NCBI GenBank assembly: GCA_002269645.1
Contig: NIVC01001783.1
Location: 173,853-237,852 of the forward strand
Length of the DNA stretch: 64,000 bases
Reading direction: 5' to 3'
Source: Macrostomum lignano
Taxonomy: Eukaryota
In this document: positions 37,595 through 49,580 of the stretch, in pieces
Position numbering within the stretch: position 1 is the first letter of the stretch
Layout of the letters: each line of letters opens with the position of its first letter
The notes under the pieces: generated by a model
Told to the model about the DNA's origin: nothing
What the model saw: the letters and a program-made list of their open reading frames with translations, nothing else
The model's database searches: none
Program-made: the position numbers and the translations under genes

Positions 37595-39301
37595 TCATTC
37601 GAGCGTATTGTCCGCGCGCCTCAAGCAACTCGCACGCAGAATCACGTCGTGCAGCAGCTCAAACAGCTCCAGCACAGTCAGCAGAGAGCAGCCCAGATAC
37701 AATCCGAGAGCGCTGCCGATGTCAGCGATAAACTGGGACAGATTGTAGTCAAGACTGAATGTTGTCAGAGAGCTCATTGTTGCATCCGCTCGAAGCGTGA
37801 CGCTCACTGCGGCTCGCGAAAAATAACGCGACACTCCCTCCTCGAAACCAATCCTGTCAGAAGCACCCATAAATTTCATAATCTTGACACCAGTTTCCAA
37901 AGACCTATAATCCGTTGGATCCACAGTCGCTATCATGAATCCTAACAGGTTTTTCACTAGGCGAATCAGGCTGCCCTGGTTCGGCCACAATCCGTACGAT
38001 GACGTCACATCGTACAGCCGCTGATTGCACAGTCGCTTCTCTGAGCACGCTTTGTCCCATGAGCTGTTTGCGCTGTCAGCGTCTTCTCGAGCTCTCAGAA
38101 ACGCATTCATATTTCTGTGGATGGTGTCCATCGATGCCGCTGCAGTGAGGTTGAGACACAAGGCCAAGTGTCTAAACTCCCATGGTGTCGGGTCTGGTGA
38201 AGGACTGCAGTTGTACATCTGCTGTCTGCTACTGGCGATCTCCGAGTAGTAGCAGTGGGCCTCGCTGTAGCTAAACGCGTCGGCAGAACCGGTGCGCGGG
38301 TTGAGGAACAACACTGGCTCGTCGTGCTGTGAGACACACTTGCCAGGGAAGTCCGACGGCTTCATGAGAACATCTCGCATCGCGATCGAGATATCATAGG
38401 CTCTTCCAGGACCAAGGCTGACCACAGTCGACGTGAGTCGCGAAGGATACTGACCTCTGGGAGTAAGGTAGAGGTACATTCCGCTGCCTTTATCGAATCC
38501 GATTGGGTTCTCCAGGTCCCAGTCATACGGATATACATTTACTGACTTTCCTGAAACAATTATAGTCATGTTCGGGAGTCGCTGATCAGGTGGTGAGAAC
38601 AAACTGTTTTCGTCAAAGTCGCGAAAGTATGGATCCAAGTGTAAATTAAGCTTGAGTCTGCTGTTTGTGTTTTGCATTTTGAGCAACTCAGCGTCGGTCA
38701 AGGCCAGCTTAAAGCACTTCAAGTGATTCGGGTGGTACAAGGTCTCGACCGCAATCGGCTTGTCGAGTGTTGGCTCAGAGCCTGCACTGAATATGCCGAA
38801 GTTCATGTAGAAAGTCTGCAGCTTCCGCTGACCGACGATGTCAGCGAGAACTTTGTACGGGAGCGACTGGATCAAGCTTGTTGGCCGAAGCTCGTCCAGT
38901 GCGGCGGTAATGTTTGCCGATGAGTTCAGGGAGTTGAACGCATCTTGGAATGAGGCATTTGCAGCATAGAATGGAGTTTTCACCTGGTCAGCTTCGGACT
39001 TGTTCAAGCGACACGTGAAGGATCCAGCTGTTTGCAGACTGTTGCAAAAGTACACGTCGGGAAACTCGAACGGAACCTTTTCGGCTTCGAACTCGGACTT
39101 GACGCCCGGACTGTTGAGCTTCCCAATGTAGACGATGCAGGTGTTGAGTAGCAGGCCAAGAAAGGATAAAAAAGTGAGCAGCCAGAAAACCCGAAGAGCG
39201 ACGGGTCGACTCGCAGGAGCCACTCGGCCGATAGCGTGAGCGGTGGTGTTGGCCACGGAGTCCCGGACAATCTCTGACAGAGGCTGTAGTTTTGAAACCA
39301 T
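37595..39301 (-). CDS. DEG/ENaC subunit, intronless, 568 aa (copy B, ~98% identical to copy A)
   Basis: Same motifs as copy A; about two dozen nucleotide differences counted by eye. Confidence 0.93.
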   Translation of the reverse strand: MVSKLQPLSEIVRDSVANTTAHAIGRVAPASRPVALRVFWLLTFLSFLGLLLNTCIVYIGKLNSPGVKSEFEAEKVPFEFPDVYFCNSLQTAGSFTCRLNKSEADQVKTPFYAANASFQDAFNSLNSSANITAALDELRPTSLIQSLPYKVLADIVGQRKLQTFYMNFGIFSAGSEPTLDKPIAVETLYHPNHLKCFKLALTDAELLKMQNTNSRLKLNLHLDPYFRDFDENSLFSPPDQRLPNMTIIVSGKSVNVYPYDWDLENPIGFDKGSGMYLYLTPRGQYPSRLTSTVVSLGPGRAYDISIAMRDVLMKPSDFPGKCVSQHDEPVLFLNPRTGSADAFSYSEAHCYYSEIASSRQQMYNCSPSPDPTPWEFRHLALCLNLTAAASMDTIHRNMNAFLRAREDADSANSSWDKACSEKRLCNQRLYDVTSSYGLWPNQGSLIRLVKNLLGFMIATVDPTDYRSLETGVKIMKFMGASDRIGFEEGVSRYFSRAAVSVTLRADATMSSLTTFSLDYNLSQFIADIGSALGLYLGCSLLTVLELFELLHDVILRASCLRRADNTLE

Positions 39302-40077
39302 AATTCTTTAGTTTTACCTAAAGCTCAGACTGTATTTGTAGTTTTTGTAATAGGTTACAATTTGAACGCATTATATTTAAACTGCAGCTATATCTTCCCA
39401 CTGGGCTTTGGACTTTAACTGGAGTTCTTTTCCGCTGCATATATACTTGCATTGTTTCCATAGCAACGAGCTCTGCGCCGTAGCAGTTCCATCCACGGTC
39501 AGTTTGTTTACCTAATTGTGCAGGTGCTCGTTCAATCGCGAGTTGGTTCCAGTCAGTGAGTTAGACTTCTCTTTGTTTGGAAAATATTAATTAATTAGAG
39601 GCAGGTTTTGCGTGAACTGACCCTCGCAGGCACTTCATGATCTCGGAGAATAACTTTTGTCACAGTGTTTGCTCAGCTAAATTAATTACTGTGGTTGCTA
39701 GCATGCAAGCAAAATCTGGTTAGCGGTGCAATTGGACTTCCGGTGTTTCACAGTAAAACTACGGAATTTGGCTATGGCATCGTTCTTAGATTAGTGCTAC
39801 ATTATTTTACATGTGTGTTAGCTGCGATGGAGTTTAACGTAGCTATTTATACTGTGTCCTCTATTTTTAAAGTAAAGTTTACTTTAATCCTTTAATAATC
39901 CTTGTAGGATATTCCAGCTTAAGTTTTTGGAACTTACATACTTCTTTGAATTTATATGCATGAACAGTGAGTTACACGTATGCTGTGTATAAGGACCCGC
40001 TTTATTTACATAGCCCTAAACAGATTCTATTCCTATGAAACTCTAGATAATGAACATCTAGGGGATTGCAGCTATAA

Positions 40078-40350
40078 GGGGTTGTAGCCTAGCGGTTAGA
40101 GCGTCGGACTCACGACTTGGAGGTCGGGGGTTCGATACCCGATCCCACTGGAAAAATTTGTGTCCTTGAGCAAGACACTTAACTCTGCATTGCTTCAGTT
40201 CACCCAGCTGTAAAATGGGTGCCAGCATTAGCTGGGATAATTGAGGGTATGTGTGGCGACCCCCCAGTCCTTGGACTGAAGAGCCGTACGCAGCCTTCAG
40301 ATGCGCCACGCAAAAGCTGCGGCTGAGCTGTCGGTTGCACATCTGCCCAT
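40078..40350 (+). mobile_element. tRNA-derived SINE, full-length (head + central domain + tail)
   Basis: A/B boxes, CORE-like domain, tail gtccttggactgaagagccgtacgcagcc shared with 60014-60203. Confidence 0.88.
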
Positions 40351-40779
40351 TGGCTGATACAATTATAATTGAGCACCGAAGTTTTATCATTGAGAACCTT
40401 AGCGCGGGATGGACCCTATACTACGTATGACAGAGCCCATTTTGGAGTTTGAGCGCTAATTGGACACTGACATTATAACCTCCCTGTCCTCCTGGCTACT
40501 TGGGGTCAACGTCCGATTTTACGGCTTGAAAAGATACCTGTTGATAAGGCTCAAGTCTTCTTCGAGCAGCTCTCAGTGCAGGTGAAGGCAACGGCGCAGC
40601 ATGACACATTGGTAGTCCTAGTCCTGCGCGCGGCCGGAACGGAACACGGAGGCAGGCACTCTGCTCTCTGCACACAGATCCCGTCGACCGCCGCACCATC
40701 ACACCGCTAGCTTTTCGGTTCGATCATCGGCTCCTTGTTTGAGAAACCTCCGCTGCCAATCTGGCGTTTCCTCTGAAAA

Positions 40780-41420
40780 TGCCATTGTTGGAGGAGAAGT
40801 TCAGCAAAGCAGCAGTCAGCACTGCCGATGTTGTGAGGCTCGCCTAACAGTTTGCCGGGCAGGAAAGCGCGCAGGGTCCGGATTGAGGTCCTCTGTGAGG
40901 AGGCACCCAACGAATAGACCACACGGCCCAAATCATCGCTATTCCCAAGAAGGCAGGCACCACAAGGCTTGATGAGTAGCATCGAGGCATCTGCCTCCAG
41001 TCCTGCGCTGTGCAATGGAGCTCTTCAACCGGATTTTGCTGCCCCGGTTTCAGCCCTTGCTGCATCCGCACTTGCGTCCTGAGCCGCTGCGTCCTCGTAG
41101 TCGACTTGTTCGTAAGGGCCGTCACGTGCTCCCAATGGTTGCCCTGTACGTAATACGTACCAGAACAGCTGGTTTCCTTCATCATGGCAATGTACCGAGA
41201 CACGAACACTTCTAGTATAGGTCAACACCGGACGCTCTGCTGCAGTCAACGAGTGAGTCGACGCCAGCCCGAGGGGCTGCTAAATCAGTCTGCTTGGCTT
41301 TGGTGACGATCTCTTCCTGCTGTCCTTAACCGTTGAGGGTGCCCAGCGACAGCCGGACAAGATTCACAGAAGACAGTCGTGCTCTGCCTGCGCCAGTCTT
41401 TACAACACTAATCAGACGTA
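40780..41420 (+). mobile_element. decayed non-LTR retrotransposon (RTE-like) reverse-transcriptase fragment
   Basis: Translated pieces LPGRKAQGPD, HRGICLQSCA, LFNRILLPRFQPLLHPHLRP and LLGFGDDLFLLSLTVEGAQ match RT domains, with stops and frameshifts. Confidence 0.7.
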
Positions 41421-42459
41421 CATACCTATAGACACTGACTGACAGACTCTTAAACAGTAAGTTGACGTGGTGCAAGTTTTTCTGCTATGTACTGTCCTTC
41501 AGACCGACGACAAGAGCACTGTGCACTGGGGAGTTTCTCTCGGTGGGCAGGTCTTGAGTGGACGAATGTGTCCGAGAAAACTTCGGCTACGGCAGGATTC
41601 TGCAACTTGATCTGAGAAGGTCCCACAATTCTTTCTTGGTAATATACATGTACATGTAGGATTTGGAAGTTTGTGACTGATGATTTGCGTCTGAGATGCC
41701 AAGACAAATCCTAGTACTGGTACTGATCGTTGTATTAGCTCCGGATTACCTCGTTTTTTACATCAGCTGCGTTCTCTCTCAGCTGCAGCTTTGTGCCATC
41801 CAGTGGAAAGCTTCTACTAGTTCGATACGCTGGTAGAGAATCTCTAGCTGCATGGATATCCAAATTGAATAAGGGATTGATCAACTCTACCTTTGCAAAC
41901 TCTACCATTTCTGTACTGCAGAGTACCGCTGCTTGTTAGTTTGCACAATGGTCTTTATCGATACCGCTGATGTGCGTCGCAATCCATATCACTAAAGGTA
42001 GCTGTGCTGTTACCATAGAAAACGTGAAATTTTATAGCGCAAAATTTTTTCTGCCAACACAAGCGACCTGTTGCGGCGTCGAAAATTTCAGCTAGCCGAA
42101 GGCCATCATGTCATCCACGCCGAATGGTATACCTCATTGCAGTACTGTTTACACATCATGCAACCATGCAGGACATAAAACGAAAGATTGTGTAATTTTT
42201 AGGAGGCCAATTTCCCGTAAAAATTACACTGTGGAGATAGGCAAAAAACTTTTTCTTTCATGACAAAATCAATGAATGCATTTGATCTGGGGCAGTGAAG
42301 ATTACTATTCATTTAGCATGTTACTACTCGTCCATTTTATTAAGTTGTTAGTGAAAGTTTAGATCATTTTCATCTTAATTGTTTCCTTTTCGTTTAATTA
42401 GCCTAATAAGTTACTCATGGAACTTGTTTGCTACTTCTGAAATCAAGTATATTTCTAAT

Positions 42460-42633
42460 TGTAATGAACGTGCAACCGAGAGAAACGTGTATTATTCAAG
42501 AGTGCCAAAAAGCATATTATAGAGGGGGCGAGGTGGACTGAGCAATCGATAGCAACGTACATGATAGGGGGACGGGGCGGCTGGGGCGCAGATGAGCGTA
42601 CAATAAATTATAGTTACAAGTGCATCACTGACA
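42460..42633 (-). repeat. 3' LTR of Gypsy element
   Basis: Near-identical to 47172-47338 apart from two small indels and a few substitutions. Confidence 0.95.
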
Positions 42634-42960
42634 TCTCTCTTCCAATAGCAACAAATCAAGAGGAATTAAAATCAATTGCTCGAAGGAATTATCACTAATC
42701 ACTCTCTTCCAATAGCAACAAATCAAGAGGAATTAAAATCAATTGCTCGAAGGAATTATCACTAATCACTCTCTTCCAATAGCAACAAATCGAGAGGAAT
42801 TAAAATCAATTGCTCGAAGGAATTATCACTAATCACTCTCTTCCAATAGCAACAAATCGAGAGGAATTAAAATCAATTGCTCGAAGGAATTATCACTAAT
42901 CACTCTCTTCCAATAGCAACAAATCGAGAAGCATTAAAATCAATTGCTCGAAGGAATTAT
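42634..42960. repeat. 67-bp tandem repeat (~4.8 copies) containing the Gypsy polypurine tract
   Basis: ctcttccaatagc recurs at 42637, 42704, 42771, 42838, 42905. Confidence 0.95.
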
Positions 42961-45900
42961 CGTTTCCAAAATCTTTCATTATTTGCGCATTAGGCATAAA
43001 TAGTTTTTTTAAAACAAATGCAAAAAATTGTTTTTCTCCATATCTTTGATACAAAAAAATCAACAACGAAATTCGATTTAAACAAGGAATTAAAAATTTG
43101 GAATATTTTCTCAGCAACCAAGTCAGCGGATTAACCCTAATCTTTGCATTGAAAAACCATGTAACAGTCCTTGAAAACAAACAAAAGTCACTGTCCCTAT
43201 CACTCACACGTCATGTCTGTAGCGGAGAGGCAGAATGCCCTTTGTGGCCCTGGCAGAGCGGCGCAGTGGCTCTTCAGGCTCCGCAAGGTCTGATGCCGCC
43301 AACTCATCGCCGGCCGGAGCCGCCTGGGCCGCCGGCTGGACGTCTTCGGCTTCAGCAGTGGACTGCTGCGGCGGCACTGGTCGCAGGTCCCGGCGATTGC
43401 GAATCAGCTCCCTGCCGCTTTGAGTCAGCAATCGGTAGTTGCGGTGCTCCGGGTCAGCTTGCGTCACAACAGCTGGCTCCCATCTGAAACCGTGCCGAAA
43501 ACGAACTGCATCTCCCCGATTCAGTGTTGAGAGCGGTCGGGCTTGCTGGTCGTAGTGCCGTTTTTGAGCAGCCTGCAGCGGGGCTTTGGAGAATCCGGTT
43601 GTTCTGTCTTTGAGCAGCGCCTCTTCACCTGCTGGCAGCTTCGTCCGAATCAACCGACCGAACATGAGCTCGCTGGGGCTGGTGCTCGTACCGCTAATTG
43701 GTGAAGCTCGATATTCCATTAGCGCAATTTCAGGCTAGTCAGCTTTCCTCAGGGTGCTCTTTGCCACCGTGACTGCCTTCTCAGCCATTCCGTTGAACTG
43801 CGGGTATCCGCGTGACGAGCGCGTGTGCACGAAACCAAACTGTGCAGCAAACTCTTGAAACTTAAACGAGCTGAATGGGGGCCCATTGTCACTGACCAGC
43901 TCTTCGACGATACCGAACCTGGCAAACATCGAATTAATTCGAGCAATCACTAGGTCAGCTCCAGACTGTTGACCTAACTTTGCCAGTTCGATCCAGTTGC
44001 TGTAATAGCAGGTAACGACTAGCCACTTTTCGCCATTGAAGTCCAGCAGATCACAACCGATCTTGGTCCATGGTGCATTCGGAATCTGATGGTTCAACAG
44101 CGGTTCCTTTGGGTTAGCCGGCTGAAACGTTTGACAAGTGCTGCAGTTCTTCACGAAGTTCTTAATGTCCGCTGACATGCCTGGCCAGTACAGAATTTGA
44201 CGAGCTCGGGCCTCCGTCTTGCCCGCGCCAGCATGACCTTCGTGTAAAATTTGCAGAATCTTCTGCTGCAACGATGCTGGAAAAATAACGCGGTCCAACT
44301 TCATCAGCACGCCAGCATTGTAGGTCAAATCCTCCTTGAAGCTCCAATACGGACGGACAGAGTGGCAAATGTTCCGAAAGTTGCTTGGCCAACCCGCCTG
44401 AACAAACCGGGCTACAGAACTTAAGTCCGAATCTTTGCGGGTCTCGTCTCGGATTTCCTGCAAACGAATGGCAGAAATCGTGAGGCTCTTGCTCATCTGA
44501 TGCACCTCCACCTCAATTTCGTCGTCTAGAGCAGCCTCGGCCTCCGGAAGGTAAGCTCTTGAAAGCATATCGGCAATCAGCATCTTGGATCCCGGTGCCC
44601 AGGATACATGCAGATTATATATTTTGAGTTGGTACAGCATTCGAGCAATGCGTGGCGGAACATGAAGCAAGTCACGCTTAAAAATGACCTCCAGGGGCTT
44701 GTGGTCTGTAGTCACTCGTACTACTGAAAGGCCATATATGTAGTCATGGAATTTCTTGCAGGCAATAACAACGGCCAGAGTCTCCTTCTCAATCTGAGCA
44801 TAGTACTTTTGCGTGTTGGTCAGCGCAGCCGATCCATACGCCACAGGCTGTCCATTCTGCAGCAAAATGCAACCAACTCCGATCGATGAACTGTCAACTT
44901 GAAGCTCAACTTCCATATCGGCGTCAAACAACCTTAGCACAGGAGCGTTCGTCAGAACATCTTTTAGCTTCTCAAAAGCTTTTTGCTGCTTCTCTTGCCA
45001 GTCAAGCAGCACCTCCTTCTTGAGCAGGGAACGAAGAAGTTCAGTGATGTACGACGCATTCGGAATAAACTTGCCCAGGTAGGTTGTCATGCCAAGCAGC
45101 CGCATCACTGCCTGCTTATCACCTGGAACCGGAAGCTCTTGAATGGCTTTTACTTTAGCAGGATCTGGACGAACTCCATCAGATCACGTGACCGACATAG
45201 TTTACTGAAGAAACACCAACTTTCAATTTCTTGCGATTTAGCTTTAAATTCGACTGACGGGCCTCACTGAGCACCTTGAGTAGCTTCTGATCGTGCTCTT
45301 TGCGGGTCCGTCCCCAGACAAGCATATCATCAACAATTACCTCAGCCCAGCTGCTAAAAATTTTGCTTAGCTCACGTTGGTAGACTTCCGGTGCATCAAT
45401 AGTTCCTGGGGGCAGGCGAACGAACTTGTATCTGCCCACGGAGTGTTGAAAGTGCAGAGCTGTGTACTTTCTTCGTCAAGTCTTATCTGCCAAAAACCAG
45501 TCTTTGCATCCAGCACGGTAAAGTACTTGGCACCTGGAATGCGCGCAACAACTTGCTCAACTGTTGTCATCGGGTAGTGAGCGCGCTTGATAGCTTTGTT
45601 CAGATGTGTCGGATCGATACACAGTCGCAGGCTGCCATCTGGCTTGTGTACAGTAACCAAAGAGTTTACACAATCCGTTGGCTCAGAAACTTTAACGATG
45701 ACTCCGAGGGCCTCCATGCGCTTTAACTCCTGAACTTTGCCTTGCAGCGCAAAGGGAATCTTTCTCGGAGCATTGACGACAGGAACAGCATGTTCATCGA
45801 GAGTAAACGAGTGCACGTAAGGCAAACAGCCAAGTTTGTCGTCAAACAGGTCACTGAATTCCTCTAGCACGAACTTTTCGTCAATCACTGGTGGCTGTCT

Positions 45901-47171
45901 AACGCTTTCAACTCGTCGAATTAGGTCCAGATCCTTTAGCGCTGGTAAACCAATGATTGCTTGTTCAACCTCTGAAACCATAAACTCTATCTCGCACGGC
46001 CGACCCTGCACCTTGACCTTCAACGACACTTTTCAACGACAGGAATGCGAGCTCCTCCAAACGCCGTCAGCACAGTGTGAGTTTTTAGCAACTGCTCACC
46101 GACTGGGAAATAATCTGCTGGCAGCACGCTCACCTCTGCTCCGGTGTATAGCTTGCATTGCAGCTTATTACCATCTGGAAGCTGGACTTCTGCTAACCAA
46201 TGGGAACCGCGTTCACTCTGCAGCGTTCTGATAAAATACAACTCTTCACCAGCACTGGCATCCTCACCTTCAGCTGCTGTTACAGTCATAACCAACCCTC
46301 CGGATACTGTTGCTTCGGCATTGACTGCGAAAGTGGTTCAGACGGCCACAGGACAAACACCGCTTACCAAAAGCCGGACACTTGCCATCACGATGACTGT
46401 AACCGCAGTTGTGACAGCGACTTTCTCCAGGAAGGCGTCCCTGAAGTTGACTCGGGTTCGAACTTTGGCAAGGTTGGCCCTGCGCCGTCGACTGGGCCGC
46501 TGTACTCGACACTGGGCGCCCCGAGTTGCGGATTTGTTGCTGCCGAGGCGCTGCCGGAGCAGGTGACAACCTTGCGACGTTTAGGCCTTTTTAGACTTCC
46601 TTTAGCTGATGTCGCGCGGACTCTGCAGCTCTGCACATGTCAATTGCCGTTCTCAGGTCCAAGTCCGGTTCTCGAAGTAGCCGCTCTCACATTCCTGAGT
46701 CGTTGCACCCCAGGACAATCTTGTCTCGAATCATTTTCTCTTTTTGTGTTTCGAAATTGCACGTTCCAGCCAGACGTTTCAAGTCAGTCACAAACAGGTC
46801 GACTGGCTCAGACTCCTTCTGGTCGCGTTCCCAGAACTTAAAACGCTCGAAGACTTCGCTCGTACGCGGACTAGAAGTGCTCGTCGAATAGCTCCAGCAA
46901 CTCGTCAAAGCTATTGGTCGCCTTGCCGTTGCACCCTCCGCTGTTTCCTCTTCTATTTCTGTCTCCAGGGTGTTATAAATGTCAAGGCCATTGTCACCGA
47001 TCGGGTGCAAAAGCAACTTTATTCGACGCTCTTCTCCAACAATGCCAGTAGCCTTGAGGTATATCAAAATCTTTGTCGCCAGCGTTTCCAAGACTTGTTG
47101 GAGTACGTCCGTCTCCAACTCTTCGGGTGGCTTCAGGTCCATGCACTGAGGCTAGCTAGCTTGCGACCCCA

Positions 47172-47338
47172 TGTAATGAACGTGCAACCGAGAGATATTC
47201 AAGAGTGTCAAAAAGCATTTTATATAGAGGGGGCGAGGTGGACTGAGCAATCGATAGCAACGTACATGATTGGGGGACGGGGCGGCTGGGGCGTAGATGA
47301 GCGTACAATAAATTATAGTTAGAAGTGCATCACTGACA
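47172..47338 (-). repeat. 5' LTR of Gypsy element
   Basis: TG...CA termini, followed by PBS-like sequence and gag start at 47142. Confidence 0.95.
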
Positions 47339-49006
47339 CTAATACCCGATATCCGATTTTAACATCGATGTTTCGACGATTTATGAAGTGTCAGATCAAA
47401 GTACATCTTCTAAATATACATTGTAAGCTTAAATAAATATATTAATTTTTAGATTATTAGATATAAACTTAGGTATCCTCAAATCGCTTTTATTGCTAGT
47501 AAAGTTTACTTTGTTCAGTAAGAATTGTTTTATGGTGACTACGTTTTCAAAATAAATTTTGTCGACTATGTTCCTGGAAATACATAAGACCTAAGACCTA
47601 GACTTGACTAGACTAGATATCGATATTGAATCAGGCTTGTAAAGCGAAGCTGGAAGGTTATAATTACTCGAATAAACTGCAGTCATTGCCGTTGCTATCA
47701 GGGAAATTCACATATATATTTTATATTTTATAGCTTATAAATAGACATTATCACGCAGTTTAAAATCCACTTTTTATATTGATAGTTTGTAGGTGTATAT
47801 TATAATTCTATGGGTAAATGCAAGACTCATTTAATTTTGTCCCAGTCCTACCAATATTTTGAACAAAAGTAAAGTAAGGCTTTTATAGGCCTAACATACA
47901 TGCTTTATTTCTTTGAAGACTTCAACAAAATCCTAAGGTTGCAACCTTTGTTACAAATTTTCTTGTAAATTGTAGGCCTAACTTTTATTTAAAACTTCTT
48001 GACTCAAAATTTATTGATAATGGAAGTTGTACAAAACTTTAATAAAGAGGTAAGTTTGTAATGTTTTATATGTTGTCTGAAGTATTTTTATAACTTCAAC
48101 TAAATATGCTATATTTCTATCTTGAATCTTGCCCAATTAGGACAAATTTTATCAATTATTCTTATTGTTTTTATTATGGTATTCTTTCAGTTTACATTCA
48201 TTTTTCTACCCACATTTTGGTTCACAATCCCTATGTAAATTTCCATTTTTAGCAATAATGGCCTAATTGAAAAAAACTAGGCATATTTGGTTTACTAAAG
48301 AAACTGAATGATAAAAGATCTAATGTCTCATGTCTAGTGTCATATATATATCCATAGTCAGGAAGATGGCCTTTTTCACAGAAAATTCTAATGCAAAAAG
48401 GGGTTAGACATGTGACCTACTGGCACATTCCAGCACAATAACAAGCAAAAGAGAGAAAAATCTGGCATAGTATGGTGCAATACAAAAAATTGGCAAATTT
48501 AGTATAAGACAGAAACTTCTAATAAGACAATATTTCCTTAGACCAAAAATTAGCTTGTAGTTTCTTTTTATTAGCACTTTTTTCTGGTGTATTGATTGCT
48601 TATTTAATTAATATACATAAATGTTGCATTTTCTATAAAACAAATTCAAATATATGTTTTAATAGTATTTTTCAAAAGGATAATTATATGGATTTTGCAT
48701 TTTTATGAACAAAATTTCTGACACAATGTAGGCAAAAAATTTTTGATAGGAATAATTCTGGCGCATAATGCAATAAAAATTTTTTGATAGGATTGGTCTG
48801 GTATAGGTGTGCCATGATTCTGACTATGTGGTCGAAGGTATTTCTATGTATCTACTTTGGTTTACAATCATATAAATGGAAACAATACATGTAAATGATT
48901 GTGAACCAAAGCTAGTGTGTGTGTAACAAGGTTTTAGTATTTTATAAGCATTATCTAAATTCAATCACTATCTCAATATATGCTTTGGTTCACAGTCATC
49001 TACATG

Positions 49007-49580
49007 CAGGGGCGTAGCCAGAGGGGGGGCAAGGGGGCCATGGCCCCCCATAATCACCAACTCTGGCCTTGGCGCCCCCCCCCCCTAAAAGAAACTGGCG
49101 CCCCCCCCCCCTATAAGAAACTGGCGCCCCCCTAAAAGAAACTGGCGCCCCCCCCCCTATAAGAAACTAGTGCCCCCCCTATAAGAAACTAGCGCCCCCT
49201 AAAAGAAACTGGCACCCCCCCCCCCTAAAAGAAACTGGCGCCCCCCCCCTCCTAAAAGAAACAGAAACTGGCTCCCCCTATAAGAAACTGGCGCCCCCCT
49301 AAAAGAAACTGGCGCCCCCCTTCCTAAAAGAAACAGAAACTGGCTCCCCCTATAAGAAACTGGCGCCCCCCTTAAAGAAACTGGCGCCCCTCCCCTCCTA
49401 AAAAAAACTGGCACCCCCTAAAAGAAACTGGCGCCCCGCCCCCCTAAAAGAAACTGGCGCCCCCCCCCCCTATAATAAGCTGGCCCCCCTAAAAGAAACT
49501 GGCGCCCCCCCCCTATAATAAGCTGGCCCCCCCCTAACTCACAGCCCCCCCCCCAATCAAAATTCCTGGCTACGCCCCTG
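49007..49580. mobile_element. hAT-type MITE with internal C-rich minisatellite
   Basis: Perfect 15-bp TIR caggggcgtagccag / ctggctacgcccctg; 8-bp TSD tctacatg on both sides; internal aaaagaaactggcgcccccc units. Confidence 0.92.

Larger units (their letters stand above)
42460..47338 (-). mobile_element. full-length Ty3/Gypsy LTR retrotransposon (Mag-like), disabled
   Basis: LTRs 42460-42633 and 47172-47338 (TG...CA); TSD CTAAT on both sides; PBS-like TGGGGTCGC after 5' LTR; PPT GGAAGAGAGA before 3' LTR; gag with two zinc knuckles (CHNCGYSH..C, CLSCGRLNHFRSQC), protease (YTGAEV, catalytic D lost), RT (IVDDML), RNase H, integrase; several frameshifts and a stop at 43735. Confidence 0.96.

Noticed and set aside
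32109-39270. Antisense and alternate-frame ORFs duplicated in both ENaC copies
   Set aside because: Shadow ORFs conserved only because the two CDSs are near-identical
40078-40150. tRNA gene (also at 15940-16012 and 60014-60075)
   Set aside because: Anticodon stem does not pair and each copy continues into shared SINE body sequence
42896-43207. Extra env-like ORF in the Gypsy 3' region
   Set aside because: 103 aa, GTG start overlapping the pol stop, AT-rich, no recognisable motif; most likely the 3' untranslated region
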